A stretch of DNA of 64,000 bases, taken from assembly GCA_043228905.1 (NCBI GenBank), contig JBHGNT010000005.1:18414001-18478000 (forward strand), read 5' to 3'. Below the pieces are notes generated by a model. The model ran no database searches and was not told the origin of the DNA. It saw nothing but the letters and a program-made list of their open reading frames with translations. Position 1 is the first letter of the stretch. Each line of letters opens with the position of its first letter. Both the position numbers and the translations under genes were made by a program. Below are positions 1 to 13,437 of the stretch, one piece after another. This DNA is from Azolla caroliniana (taxonomy: Eukaryota; Plantae; Polypodiophyta).

Positions 1-1049
1 ATAGGCGGGGTGGATAGTGCCAAGGGCTTCTTGGAGTCGATGGCCAGGTGAGGTAGGTAGAGCACCGAGAGATAGTGAACGACTATGGCCAACAACTTCT
101 TTCCCGCTTGTAGTGCCAAGATCCCTATGTAGAGAGCCTCTCCTTTCACAGAGCCCCAATCAATTCTCTCCCCTTGATATGCCATTGTGATGAAACCTAC
201 CTTCTTCTTGGGCATGGCGTATGTGGTGGGGTGGACACTGGCTACTTCGAGTAGGAATTTTGCGAGTTCCTAGAAGAACTCATTTGGTCCTGCCTACTTT
301 TAGTATGCCTTGGCCGAGGTGGAGTACACCCCAAAATATGCTTCAAGGAAATTTGGAGGTGGAACCTCCATATCATGATGGCCGCCATGTTTCAGGTTGA
401 GTGTTGTACGAAGTTGGTCGTTGGTGAGGCGGTCGGCATTGATCCTCATACTAACCTTGTGAGTTTCTAGGTGAGGAGGCGCATTAACAACTTTGAGGTA
501 ACCACCTAGGCCATGCCTCCTTAGCCAGGTGTGAAGCTCGTAAGAGATGTCGATTGGCATGATGTTGGCTTCTTCTGCGTTGGGAGATGCAGGGGGTGAA
601 GAACTTTGTCAGAGAACTTGGAGAGTTTGTGCTTCTGCTACTTCTTCTTCACTCAAAATGAATCTATCCCTATGCAAAGACGGTTTTTGTAGACATTGCT
701 TTTCCTGAGGTGTGGATGTGTGCCCTACATTCAGAATCCTTTTTGCCATTACGTTGTGTAAATGCCACACATCGGGAAAGAACTTGTACTTGCTTTCTTG
801 AGTGTAACTGTGCATGCTCATGCAGTTAAATACTTCTTGGTGGGGTTTTGTCTTTTCATAATTACACCTAATTTACAAGTTAGGGTAGGTGGGGTCCCTA
901 TCATGATTGTGGCGGGATGGTACCATCATCCCCTTTTTTACCTACTTTTGTCAACTCATTGTCTCGATTTTTGTTTATGAATGGATTTAGGGGTGTGGGC
1001 CAGAGATAGGGTTTCAATCTGAACCCATTGACCCATTTCAACATTACTT

Positions 1050-4048
1050 CTCCAGCTAAAAGTACCGATCTAATATGTCCTGGTCCATCGAAACCGTAAT
1101 GTCCCCAACATTTGTCGGAACCGTGTCTGAAAGACCAAAATACTTCTTTGCCAATGCCAAAGGATTGCTCATTACCTTTTTGGTGCCAATTGACAAAGGC
1201 TTTCTATCGATGTTGGTTCTGTTCGAGTTTGTTCAAGCTTGTGATTCATGCTTCCTCGAGCTGAGTAATTGCTCTAAATGTCTCTATTCAGACTCGGCTT
1301 CCGGTAATCACTCAATTGTCTGAACCCGCAAATTCGGCACTTGAAATTCAATTGGCATGACTACCTCCAATCCGAACGCCAATCAAAACGGGGTCGAATT
1401 TATGCTTGTTTTGTATGTCATGCGATATTCCCAAATAGCACTTTGCAATTTCTAATCCCAATCCATTCCATTCTCGTTCACGATTTTCTTTAGGATGGTT
1501 TGTAGGGTCTTGGTGGTCAATTCGGCTAGACCATTCGCTTGGGGGTAGTAGGGTGTGCTCTTCTTATGAACCACGACATAGTGATTCATGAGGTCGTGTA
1601 CCAAGTTGTTGAGGAAGTGGCTCCCCTGGTCACTTATCAATTCGATCGAACACCCATAACTGCACAAATGTTTTCATCGATGAATTTGGTCGTAGATGCA
1701 ACTGTGTTATCCCTCAGTGCTTTGGCTTCGACCCACTTGGTGCAGTAATCCGTCACAACAATGATGTAACGATTTCCCATTCGTGCCATACCCGGTTGGA
1801 ATGGGCCCACAAAACCGAGACCCCACTTTTGAAAAGGTTTGAGTGGTAGGATAGGTTGATGAGGCATTCGTGCTTGTTTTGTCGGCTACCCCATTGGCAT
1901 AAGTCACATTGCTGACAGAACTTCACCGCGTCCTTTTGCATTGTTGGCCTCCAAAAGCCACTCTTCCATACCTTTCGGGTTGTTGCCTCTCTAGCATAAT
2001 GCCCACTTGCAATGCCGTAATGTGCTTCGCAAAGGATCACGTCTATTTCAAACCATCAAACCGCACATCGCTAGATGCCATGTACGCCCTTATGGTACAA
2101 TGTGTCGTGGAGTAAGCAGAACTGCCAGTTTGGATGGCCAATCGCTTCCTTTCATCAAGTGGCATGTTGACAGGTGATAGGCCCGAGGTGAGGAAATATG
2201 TCATGTCCTCAATCCACTTGTCCTCAGGGTCCTAATACGGATAATCGGGATTGGCCGAGTCTATTCAAAGAATTAACCCATCCGGGAAGTAGTCTTGTAC
2301 GTCGTCAATTGTTTCCCTAGACTCGAGTCGACTTAGATAGTCGGCAACGACGTGTTGGACCCTTGGCCTGTGATGAATGTCAAATTCAAATTCTTATAAT
2401 AAGAGCATCTATCTGGCCAATCTGCTCGTAAGTGATTGTTTCGTGACTTGGTATAGGAGCCTCGAGTGATTGACATGAAAAGTAAATTTGCGGCCGAGTA
2501 GGTAATGCCAAAACTTGGTTACACTATAGATAATCCCGAGGGCCTCTCTTGGTTGTCCAATAATTCATTACTGCTGCCGAGAGACGATGGCTTGCATAAT
2601 AGACTAGTCGGTACTAGTGCTGCATCAACACGCTGCCAATTGCCATATCAGAGGTGTCAACGAAAACGTGGAAGGGTTGCGTCCAATCCGGTGGTTGGAC
2701 GATAGGTGCCTAGGGACGATGGGTGCCTAGGACACCATTATTTTCAAGGCGTGTTATGCCTTGTCCTTGGTAGAGGTTCACCGAAACGGCATGCAGTGAA
2801 CTTAGTCTACCGTATGTAAGAGTGTCGCAAATTCTGCCAAGTAGCGGAGCATTCGGCTATGCCACCGAATTTGTCCTAGAAATTGGCATAAGGTTTTCAT
2901 ATTTTTAGGTGCGGGTGCATTGAGGATAGGTTTCACTTTATCAAGATCGTCCGTGATTCCCTCACGACTAACAATGTGCCCTACTGTGCTCGGATGGTGA
3001 CGTTGAATGCACATTTTGCAGGATTCAAGTTGAGTCATGTTATTCGACATCGAACTAAGCAAAGGCGGAGGTGTTTGAGATGTTCCAGACGTCGGTCGTA
3101 CACAGAAAAATCATCTAAAAAGACCTATATGAATGCAAGGATGTAATTGTCGGATATTTTCATAATGATCCGCTAAAATGTTGTCGACGTCGTTTTCAGG
3201 CTGAACATCGTTACGACAACCACAAAAACTCCCCATTTAGTGATGAAGGTTGTCTTTTCCTGGTTATCTGAGCGCATTCCTATTTGGTTGTACCCACTGA
3301 ACCCATCCAGGAAGCTATACATTTCGTGGCTTGCGACTACGTTCCATATGCCATGGGTAAAAGGCAAGGGAAAAGCATCGGTGATGGTGGCAACATTGAG
3401 TTTCTAGTAGTCGACGCAGACTCGGTTTTTCTTCTTTAGCACGATAAAAATTTGACTAAACCATGTGGCTTGCTTAACTGGTTGAATAAAACCTACGCGC
3501 AACAACTTGTCAATTTCCTCCTTCACCCTGGCCACGTAGTTGGGGTTCATGTGGTACCACCTTGTTAAACCGGTTTGACATCTTTATTCAAGTGAATTTG
3601 GTGTTAGTAGTACCAAGGTTTGAGGCCCTGCATGTCACTGTATGACCATGTGAAGACATCTTTATACTCTCTTAATAAATCCACCATCGCCAATATCTCG
3701 GTCTACGTGAGCTTCCTTGGCGATTTTAATCGGCCGAGGATCCTCGATTGTCCCCAAATTGATTTCTTGCAGTGTCGAGGCCTTAACATGTTGGGAGATC
3801 TCCATTTCCTACTCGAGGTCATCTTGGGCATGTCGTAATTCATCCATGGATTTTAGGTTCGGCTCCTGTAAGGTGTCCTTTGCCTCAGTGTCCCTCCTGG
3901 ACACCGATGGGCTAACTACTTCAATGACATCGATTTCTAACAGCGGTATGATCTTCGGGTTATCGTCTAAGTATCGGTTAACTTCGTCATCATCTGTACA
4001 TTGGGGTGGTTTCCTTGGTGGTCGTTGTTCGCTCTTCGGTGGGGACGC
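1050..4048 (-). mobile_element. Degenerate non-chromoviral Ty3/Gypsy pol (RT-RNaseH-integrase), many stops and frameshifts; interrupted at 4049 by another element's LTR
   Basis: ORF fragments: YSFLDGFSGYNQI (RT, 3173-3367), GHIVSREGI..FLGQI (2802-3062), HHCC zinc finger (1753-2040), [17 protein letters not shown] (1637-1867), ISDQGSHF..YYPQANGLAE (1452-1667). Domain order RT>RH>INT is Gypsy. Confidence 0.9.
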
Positions 4049-5385
4049 TGTCGTGAAAATCCGTCACTATGTGCGGATCATGAGACGAAACCGCCGTGGT
4101 TCTGGACTAGAAGGATTTAGTGCAACATGTACAACACAAGCAAGTTTTAAGCATAAGACAAGTGGGAGAGACAAATCATTCGTCTATTGCAAAAGAAAAT
4201 CGATTCTTTATAATTTCAAAATCGTGTTACAATGGGTTGGGTATGGAAATGAGAGATTAATTTTTCAAAGAAAGGAGCCAACAACCATGCAAGGAGTGGT
4301 CCGATATGAATACGAGAGATAATTTTTGACAAGAAAGATCGAGTCCCCAAAGCTAGGAGTTTGATATCAATATGTGAGATAAATTGTTTCTCGAAAACAC
4401 GGAGGGAAGAAGAAGGAAGAGGGGGGGAAAAAGAAAGAAAAAAAACTAGGAGGGAAAAAATGGGACATATATCGAGCTCCTCGTTGATCCTCCTCCCCAA
4501 TATTACTTTGCATGACCACTTTTAGTTGGATGGCTTCTATTTTTAGTTGCAAGCTTCCATTTTTAGATGCATGCCTTTTACTTTTAGTTGCATGGCCTTC
4601 GCTTTTGGTTACATGCGATTGTCCGTATAATTCGGCCAAATGACACAATCATCCATAAAATTTAACCCGTGCGCAATCCGTACATGCGTCGCAACCAAAC
4701 CGTAGACGCGTCCGTGCGCAAAAGTCCCGACCACGTAGTAGTGTACGCATCCACGCATGCGCGTGTCCCGACCACGCCGTAGTGTACGCATCCGCGCGCG
4801 CGCGCGTCCAACCCGCACCGTGTACGCATCCACGCGCAAAAGTCTCAACCGCGCCGTAGTGTACGCATCCACGCGTGCGCGCGTGCCCACACACGCGTCC
4901 ACGCGCTCGTCCGCACGAAACTTGCACACGCGCGTACATCCGAAGACGTCCACATGGCCATGCACATGCGCATATGCCCGAAGCGTTAACACGACCGTGC
5001 ATACGTACATACGTGCATACGCCCGAAGCGTTAACACGACCATGCATACGTGCGTACGCCCGAAGCGTGCACACCACACAATGTAGCCCAAGTCACCTTG
5101 AACATTCTGTGTTCCACACATTGATAAAATGAATATGTTTTGGTTTCCGTTATATATTCTGGGTTCCAATGTTGTCCTATCTATATGGGATATCTCACAG
5201 TTTTGTCTTTTCTTTCTTCTTCTTCAAACTTCACACTCACATAGCTTGATACTTGTTTATTCGTTTCATGCGTAATAAAATACGCTATGAAACTCTTGAA
5301 GACACCTATCTATATGAATACATTAAGCTAATCTTAAATAATTATTTTACTAGTTTTCATATTGTGTGTGAAAAACCACACGACA
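4049..5385 (-). repeat. 3' LTR (~1.34 kb) of a second Gypsy element
   Basis: Terminal inverted 7-mer TGTCGTG (4049)...CACGACA (5379-5385). Purine tract TGGTGGGGGTGAA on the minus strand immediately internal (5386-5398), followed by the integrase C-terminus. Confidence 0.8.
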
Positions 5386-5454
5386 TTCACCCCCACCAAA
5401 CCTGCACATCCACCAGTATGTGCCAATTGTGGTGAGGTTCCTTTTTTTTTTTAA

Positions 5455-6330
5455 TTACTCTTCTTCAACCTCGATGTTCAAGGATACATCATCTAGAGCA
5501 TCAATCTCAAGATTTGGGGCCTCTCTTCTCTTAAAGATCTTGATCCTCTTCCTTGCTATTGGCAAAGCAAGTCGAGTTCCATCTAACTCCGCTAAAAAAT
5601 AGGTTGCATTGTTTTCTATTTTCTTGACCATATACGGGCCAAACCATCGTTTCGCGAACTTTCGAGTAGTGCTATATTGATTATCGAGACTACTATCATA
5701 GACAAGAACCCAATCTCCTTCAATTTTTCTTTGTCGAAGATGATGCTTTCTATCAAAATTCTCCTTGTTCTTCAATCGAGCTTGGTGCAACCGTTCTATT
5801 GCCAATTCGACATCTTCGGGCCTCCGTTCTAGTTGTTGAATCCTCATGGCTAGCAAGTCTTCCCGACTCATTTCCTCTTGCCATGGCAAAGACGTCCACG
5901 AAGCAACACTTTGCTCAATAGGCATTACTGGTTTTTGTCCTAATATGAGTTCGACGGGCATATATCCCGTAGTCGTGCTATGTGTAGTTCTATCTGCCCA
6001 CAATGCATAAGGTAGTGATCGTGGCCAATTTGCCATCTTGCCATCGCAAGCCTTTGCTAGAGCTTTTACAATTGGACTATGTCCTCGTTCCACCTTCCCA
6101 TTTGCGTCCGGGTTGTACGCCATGGTGAGCGATAATTTGACGCCTATTCTTGAAAAGAACTCTTTAGCTTCATTCGCATCTAATTCTCCCCTATCGGCTA
6201 CTATTTTGCCGACACATCCGTATCGACAAATAACATCTTCAAGGAGAAACTTACAAACCGCCGAAGTTGTTTTATTCCTTAGCGCCCGTCCTTCTACTTG
6301 GTTGGTGAGATCCTCTCTTGCTATCACGAG
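5455..6330 (-). pseudogene. Gypsy integrase core plus GPY/F C-terminal domain, 5'-truncated
   Basis: AREDLTNQVEGRAL, IVADRGELD, YNPDANGKVERGH and RWFGPYMV motifs in ORF 5455..6780. The N-terminal part of that ORF is antisense Copia sequence. Confidence 0.85.
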
Positions 6331-9300
6331 GTGGATCAGCGCGCAATGGAGGCGGCCGAAAAGAGCAGAACATGTGGCATAATCGAAATGCCGGAAGCAC
6401 CAGGAGTCATAGCGGCGCCGGAAGCCAGCAAGAGAAGGTTGCAATGAATTGCTGGTACTGTGGTAAGAAAGGCCACAGAGAGAGCAAGTGTTGGAAGAAG
6501 AGAGCTGATTCAGACAAAGCCGGATCGAGTGGTAGAGACGCAGGAAGCTGTCAGAAATCGCACTACGCCGAGGGCCTCGAATGAGTCGGAAATGGATCGA
6601 GCCCAGCCTTCGTACTGAAGCACAAGGCCAATTTGATGGCCATGAACACCTCGAAATCGAGCGAGGTGCGGTATGTTGATTCCGGAGCGTCGAATCATAT
6701 GACGAGTCATGAGGAATGGTTCTCGTACTTGGAGAAAACGGAAAAGCAAGGAGTGGTCGAAACTGGAGACGAGACTCCACATACCATCAAACATGTCAGC
6801 GAAGTTCCCCTCAGCCACATTAGGTAGAAAGGGAAACTCATGAACGTCTTGCACGTCCCTACAATAACCAAGAACCTGGTGTTGGTCGGTCAGATCGTCA
6901 ACTAGGGGATGCAAATTCGATTCACGCACCTCGGGTGCTACATCGAAGTGGAAGGCCAAGTTATCGCGCAAGGGCGCCGTGAGGGGAGGATGTTCATCCT
7001 CGACACCAATCAAGCCGGAACCGCGTTGTTCACGAAAGAATAGAAGGTCGAGTCGGACATCGACCTATGGCACAAGCGGTTCGGCCACGTTAACTTCCCA
7101 CGACTTCGTGAAATGCAGACAAAGAATATTGTTTTAGGATTGCCGAAATTTCAGGGCCGTAATGGCCAAGTCTGCGAAGCCTGCCAACTCGGGAAGCAGC
7201 ACCGACTTCCATTCCCCAATGAGCGTAATCGTAGTCGAAATCCGTTGGATTTGATCCATTCGGATGTGTGGGGACCGGCACAGAACGTGAGTTTCAGTGG
7301 TAGCCGTTACTTCGTAACCTTCATCGATGACTTCACTCGGCATACCTAGGCATGTACGATTGCGAAGAAGAGCGAAGCTTTGCATCTTTCTTGAAGGTAA
7401 AGAATCTTGCAAAAAGGGAAACAAGGCGTAAGATCAAATGCCTACGGTCTGATGGCGGGAAGGAGTACTTCTCCAACCAATTCACGAGTTATCTACAAAA
7501 GGAGGGAATTCGACGTGAATTCTCGTGTAGATATATGCCGAGGCAAAATGGCGTAGCCTAACGGAAGAATCGGACAATCAAAGAATTCGCTAGGGCAATG
7601 CTTGAAGAGAAGCATATGCAGAAGTTTTACTAGGCTGAAGCAGTGAGGATGGTTGTTTATTTACAGAATCAAATTTCTGCTAATGGGGGAGTGTCACCAC
7701 ATGAGTTGTATTTCAGGAAGAAGCTGAACCTGGCACACTTGAGGATTTTCAGTAGCATTGCGTATGTGCATGTGTCGAAGGAGAAGAGGAGGAAGTTGGA
7801 CACCAAAGCCGAGAAGTGTATCTTGGTCTGCTATTCAGACAAACAGAAGGGGTATAAGTGCTATAACCCCCGAACAAAGGAAGTTCGTGTAAGCCGAGAT
7901 GTCGTGTTCGATGAGTCCGCTTCGTGGTACTTGCCTTCACCTCCAATACCTCATGACTCCATTCCGAATTCTGAAGAAGAGATTAGTGAGACCGAGCTGC
8001 CTCCGCATGATGAGGAAATCGGAGTTCTGACAAAGAGTCTGATCTCATCTCAACTAAACGGGCCGAATGAAGGGTTGGGCCAAGATGGCCAACCAAATGA
8101 AGAGTCGGCGAGTAGTGGAGACTCAATCATGTTGTCCCCCCATAAAGAACCGAGGAGACTGTTTATGCGTAAAGAAAAAGGGAAGAAGAAAGTGTCGGAA
8201 TATCATTTCGGTAGTGTCGAGTCAAATCGAAGCGAATCTAACTTCGGGCCAATCGAGAAGGAACCTCCGTGGAAGAGGTCGAAATCTACGAAAAGGTCAT
8301 GAAATCGGGTAATCACGAATTACGCCAATCTACCCGCCTAAAGAACCCCATAAAACAATACGAGTACAATGAATACATGGCACACCATTACGCGTACATG
8401 ACACGAGTTGCAGAAGTGTGTGAGACGAAGAGCTATGCAGAAGCGACGGAAGACGCAAACTGGCGTGTTGCAATGGAGGAAGAGATACGCACATTATCGG
8501 ACAACGAGACTTGGGACCTGGTTGACGCACCTAAAAGTGTTAAGCCAATTGGATGCAAATGGGTGTTTAAGGTGAAATACAACACCGACGGCTCGGTCAA
8601 CCGATATAAGGCTCGGTTGGTTGCGAATGGCTACGCCTAGAAGCACGACGTAGATTACAACGAGACCTTCGCACCAGTCGCGAAGATGACTATCGTGCGA
8701 GTTCTGCTAGCTGTAGCTGCGGCGAAGGGGTGGCATCTACATCAGATGGATGTAAAGAATGCGTTCTTGCAAGGTGATCTTGAGGAACATGTGTACATGG
8801 TACAACCTCCTGGATTTCTATCCGAACAGAACACTTTGGCAGTCTGCCGATACAAGAAGGTGTTATACGGACTTAAGCAAGCCCCGCAAGCTTGGAACGC
8901 GAAGATTACGAAACGATTGGGTAGAATGGGGCTTACGATGTCCAGATCAGACTCTTCGTTGTTCGTTCGGCAAGGTCGACATGGATCACTTTGTCTTTTA
9001 CTTTATGTTGATGATTTGGTCATCGCCGGTGCCGACCTAGAAGAAATCGGCCACGTAAAGTCTCAGCTTGTGGCATCGTTCGAAATGAAGGATATTGGCG
9101 ACCTTCATTACTTCCTCGGGATCGATGTGATCCGCACCCTCGAAGGCATATTGATCAGCCAATGTCACTATGCGCTGAATATGCTCTTTAGGTTCGGGAT
9201 GGCAGATTGTAAGCCCATCTCGACCCCTCTGGATAGAAACGTAAAGCTTCGCCGAGATTCGGGAAAGACATACGACCCGACACGGTTCGGATAGATCGTC

Positions 9301-9493
9301 GGAAGCCTAATCTATTTGACAACCACTCGGCCGAATCTCAGTTACCCGGTCGGCTTGATCAATCATTTTATGTCGCAGCCCACGGCCGAACACTTTCAAT
9401 GCGCACAAAGGATATTGCGATATGTCAATGGCACTAAGAACATGGCATTGCTATATCTGGCAAGCGTAGCCGAACAATTAGTTGGCTACACGG

Positions 9494-9795
<302 letters not shown>

Positions 9796-11390
9796 CTATC
9801 CCCCCCTTAAGACGACGAGTGTAATGAGTCAGCGCTGATTGAGGATCGGGTTTGTCCCGATACTGTCGATGGAAATCAGCAAGAAGATCCTGAGCATTGG
9901 CGACGTGCTCGATGGGTTCCCAAGTACGTTCGCTCAGACTATAGCCAAGCCAATCGACCAAATAATAAAGTTTGTTGCGAACAAATTTGGAGTCGAGGAC
10001 GGCAACAACTTCATACTCCGGGCCGACATCTAATCGACCAAATAATAAAGTTTGTTGCGAACAAATTTGGAGTCGAGGACAGCAGCAACTTCATACTCCG
10101 GGCCGGCGTCTAACTCAAGCGGGGGTGGTGGTGGTGTAATATGATCGGGAATAGTGTTTGCTTTATAAGGTTCAAGAAGGGAACTATGGAAGACCGGATG
10201 TATCTGATGATGCGGAGGAAGATCAAGGCGGAATGTGACATCATTAACCTTACCGGTAATACGGAACGGACCGAGTCGTCGATAATCCAACTTGTCGCAC
10301 GATCGAGTAGTCTTGATGTGATGACGTAAGAGCCATACTCGATCTCCGATGGCAAAAGAGGAAGGAAGCCGATGAAGATCCACATAAGTCTTCTGTGTGT
10401 GTTGAGCATGACGGAGATGAGTAGAGAGATCCATCTAGATCTTGCGTAGCCTCTCCAAATGATCCTCGGCACGAGGATTGGTAGGTAGCTCCGAGGTGTC
10501 GATCACAGACCAACGAGGATGAGAACTAGTATAAGCATAAAATGGGGAGACCCGAGTCGAGGAGTGAATAGCGTTATTATAAGAAAACTCCGCAAAGTGG
10601 AGAATATCAGCCCAATCATCCTACTGATAACTCAGAAAACACCGGAGGTACTGTTCCAACGTTTGATTTGTTCGTTCCGCCAGCCCATCAGTCTGGGGAT
10701 GGTAGCTAGAGGAGAGGTTACAAGAGACCTTGAGCATCTTGAAGAGATGCTTCCAAAATTTGGAGACGAATTGAGGTCCTTGGTCACTGATGATACTATA
10801 TGGGAGGCCATGATGCCGAAATACCTCACGCATGACAAGGGCGGTAGTTTCCTCACTAGTGATGGTCTTAGTACACAGCACAGAATGTGCCATCTTAGTA
10901 TATCGATCAACGATGGTTAAGATAGCATCAAAACCCTTCGAGACCGGCAAATCTGTGATAAAATCAATACAAATAGACTGCCACGGCTTACTTGGAATCG
11001 GTAAGGGTTCTAACAAGCCATATGGATGATGTCGTGGCATCTTTGCTCGGTAGCAAGAATCATAGGTCCGAACGTAGTCGTCGACAAAACGTCGCATATG
11101 GGGCCACCAAGAAGATCGTTGAACTAGATCCAACGTCTTCATAATACCGAAATGTCCCGTTGTATCGGTGTCGTGACAATTTTGGACGATTTGAAGGCGA
11201 CAGGAGCAATCGAGAACATATATGAGCTTTTTAAAGAATAATAAACCATCATGATATTCGAATTGTCGGTAGTCCATACCTGGTTGTTGAGACTGGGAAC
11301 AGGGTGCTGTGCCCGAGAGGTATCAATGTGTGCTAGAATGGCTTGAGCAAAATTGTCCGTCTTCAAGTTAGCACGTATGGCATCGATAAT

Positions 11391-13391
11391 CTAGGAATCT
11401 AATGGAGTGTGAAAAATCCGCGTTGTGTGCAAACGTGTTGGTCCCAAGATTACCTGCTTTTGATTATCAAACGCTGGATCACCAAGACGAGGTGCAAGAT
11501 ATGAACGCCGCGATAGTGCATTTGCTTTTCCTTGCTGCTTCCCCAGTCGATATGTGATTTTGAAGTTAAAACGCGTGAGGAATTGGGCCCACCAAGCTTG
11601 CCATCGATTTAGTACACGAGCGTTCTGGAAATAAGAAAGATTTTTGTGATCATTAAAGACGATGACCTGATGTGCAGAGCCCTCCAAGAATTGCCTCCAT
11701 TGCACAAATGAATCCACGATGGCTAATAACTCCTTGTCATGTATCTCGTAGTTGATTTCCGCGGCATCAAATTTGCGCGAATGGAAAGCCACAGGATGTA
11801 ACTCTTCTTTATCTCCTTGTTGAGAAAGGATGCTACTGAGGGCGAAATCTGATGCGTCAGCCTCCATGATGAATGGTTTGTTTGTATCCACATGAGCTAG
11901 AATAGGAGCTGATGTAAAGGCTTTCTTAAGATGCCTAAAAGCCATGTCCGCTTCATTGGACCAAAGAAATGCATGTCCCTTCTTCGTAAGCTGTGTGAGA
12001 GGTAAAATAATCTTCGAGTAATCTTGAATAAACTTGCGGTAGAAGTTAGCAAAACCTAGGAAACATTGTACATCTCGTAACAAACGTGGAGTTTCCCACT
12101 CTAGCACAGTTTTGACTTTAGCTGGATCCATGGAGATACCCTTTGAGGAGCTACATTTTTCTAGTTTGGCATAAAGACCATTCTCTCAGAGTTGTTTTAG
12201 TACTAATTGTACATGAGAATCATGCTCTTCTTGGGTCTTCGAATAACTCAATAGAACATCTAGATAGATGATCAAACAAATATCCAAGAGGTCTCTGACT
12301 ATATCATTTTCCATGTGCTGGAAGACTGCGGGCGCATTGGTTAGACCGAATGGCATAACAGTATACTCAAAATGCCCATACCGCGTGCGAAAGGCGGTCT
12401 TCCATTCGTCTCCTAGTCGGATCTGCACGAGGTTATACGCTCCTCGTAGATCGATTTTTGTAAAAAACTTGGCACCATTTACTCGCTCTAAAAGACTTGA
12501 CATAAGAGGAAGTGCATACCTATTCCTGATGGTGACCTTATTCAAGCCGCGGTAATCAACGACAAGACGAAGTGATCCATCTTTCTTCTTGACAAAGAAG
12601 ATGGGTGCACTGGCCGGAGATTTCGAATGACGAATAAACCCGCTTGCCAAGTTCTCCTCTATGTAGGCTCGAAGGACTTCTAACTCGGTTGGTGACAAGT
12701 TGTAAATTTGTCCCCATGGTGGGTTTGTTCCTGGTTGTAAATCGATGGGACAATCGTAGGGACGATGATGAGGAAGAGTACCGGCTTTTACCTTGTCAAA
12801 TACATCAGCATAAGGATGATATTTCGCCAGAAGTTGCACTAAGGATTCCTTCTTAATATTATTGGAAGGATGTACTGATATTGCAAACAGAAACATTGCC
12901 TCCTTGTGTCCTTCTTCGCGTAATTGATGGAGTGAAATGATCGAAACTCGATGAATAGATTCTTGGGGTTGTCGATATTGGACTTCTCTTGTTCTCCAAT
13001 CTATGTCTGGATTCTGTAATTCAAACCAATGTAATCCCAGGACAATGGGATGCTCTGGACTACTAATTATATTAAATGATACCACGCACACAAAACTACC
13101 TAGGACAACCTAAATGGGTTCTGACTCTTCTACAATATTCCCGGAAGCAATGGGACGACCATCAATGACTACTACAGATGCGGGGCAAGTAAGTTTTCTT
13201 AAGGATATTTAAGAAGCTTGGGCAAAATTTCGATCCATGAAACAGGAATTGGCTCCGGAATCTAAAAGTGCTAGGACATGTACTGGAGGAGTACTTTTAG
13301 TACTAACCCTGACTTGGGCTAAGAACACATTGCTAACTTGCTTGGAGGGAATGGAACCACTAATGGGTTGTATTGATCTAGGGCTGTCCAA
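11391..13391 (-). pseudogene. Chromovirus protease, RT and RNase H (fragmented)
   Basis: LLDSGANSCF, APIFFVKKKDGSLRLVVDYRGLN, IYLDVLL, EADASDFA, NYEIHDKELLA. Confidence 0.9.
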
Positions 13392-13437
13392 CCAAACGGC
13401 TCCTATTTTGGCTGAACTCAGTCGTTTAACTCTTCTT

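Noticed and set aside
4609-5169. Overlapping Arg/Ala/Cys-rich ORFs
   Set aside because: Artefacts of the GC-rich low-complexity LTR repeat.
5455-6780. 441-aa ORF as one novel protein
   Set aside because: Chimeric: the N-terminal ~150 aa are the antisense of Copia gag/PR, and only the rest is integrase.
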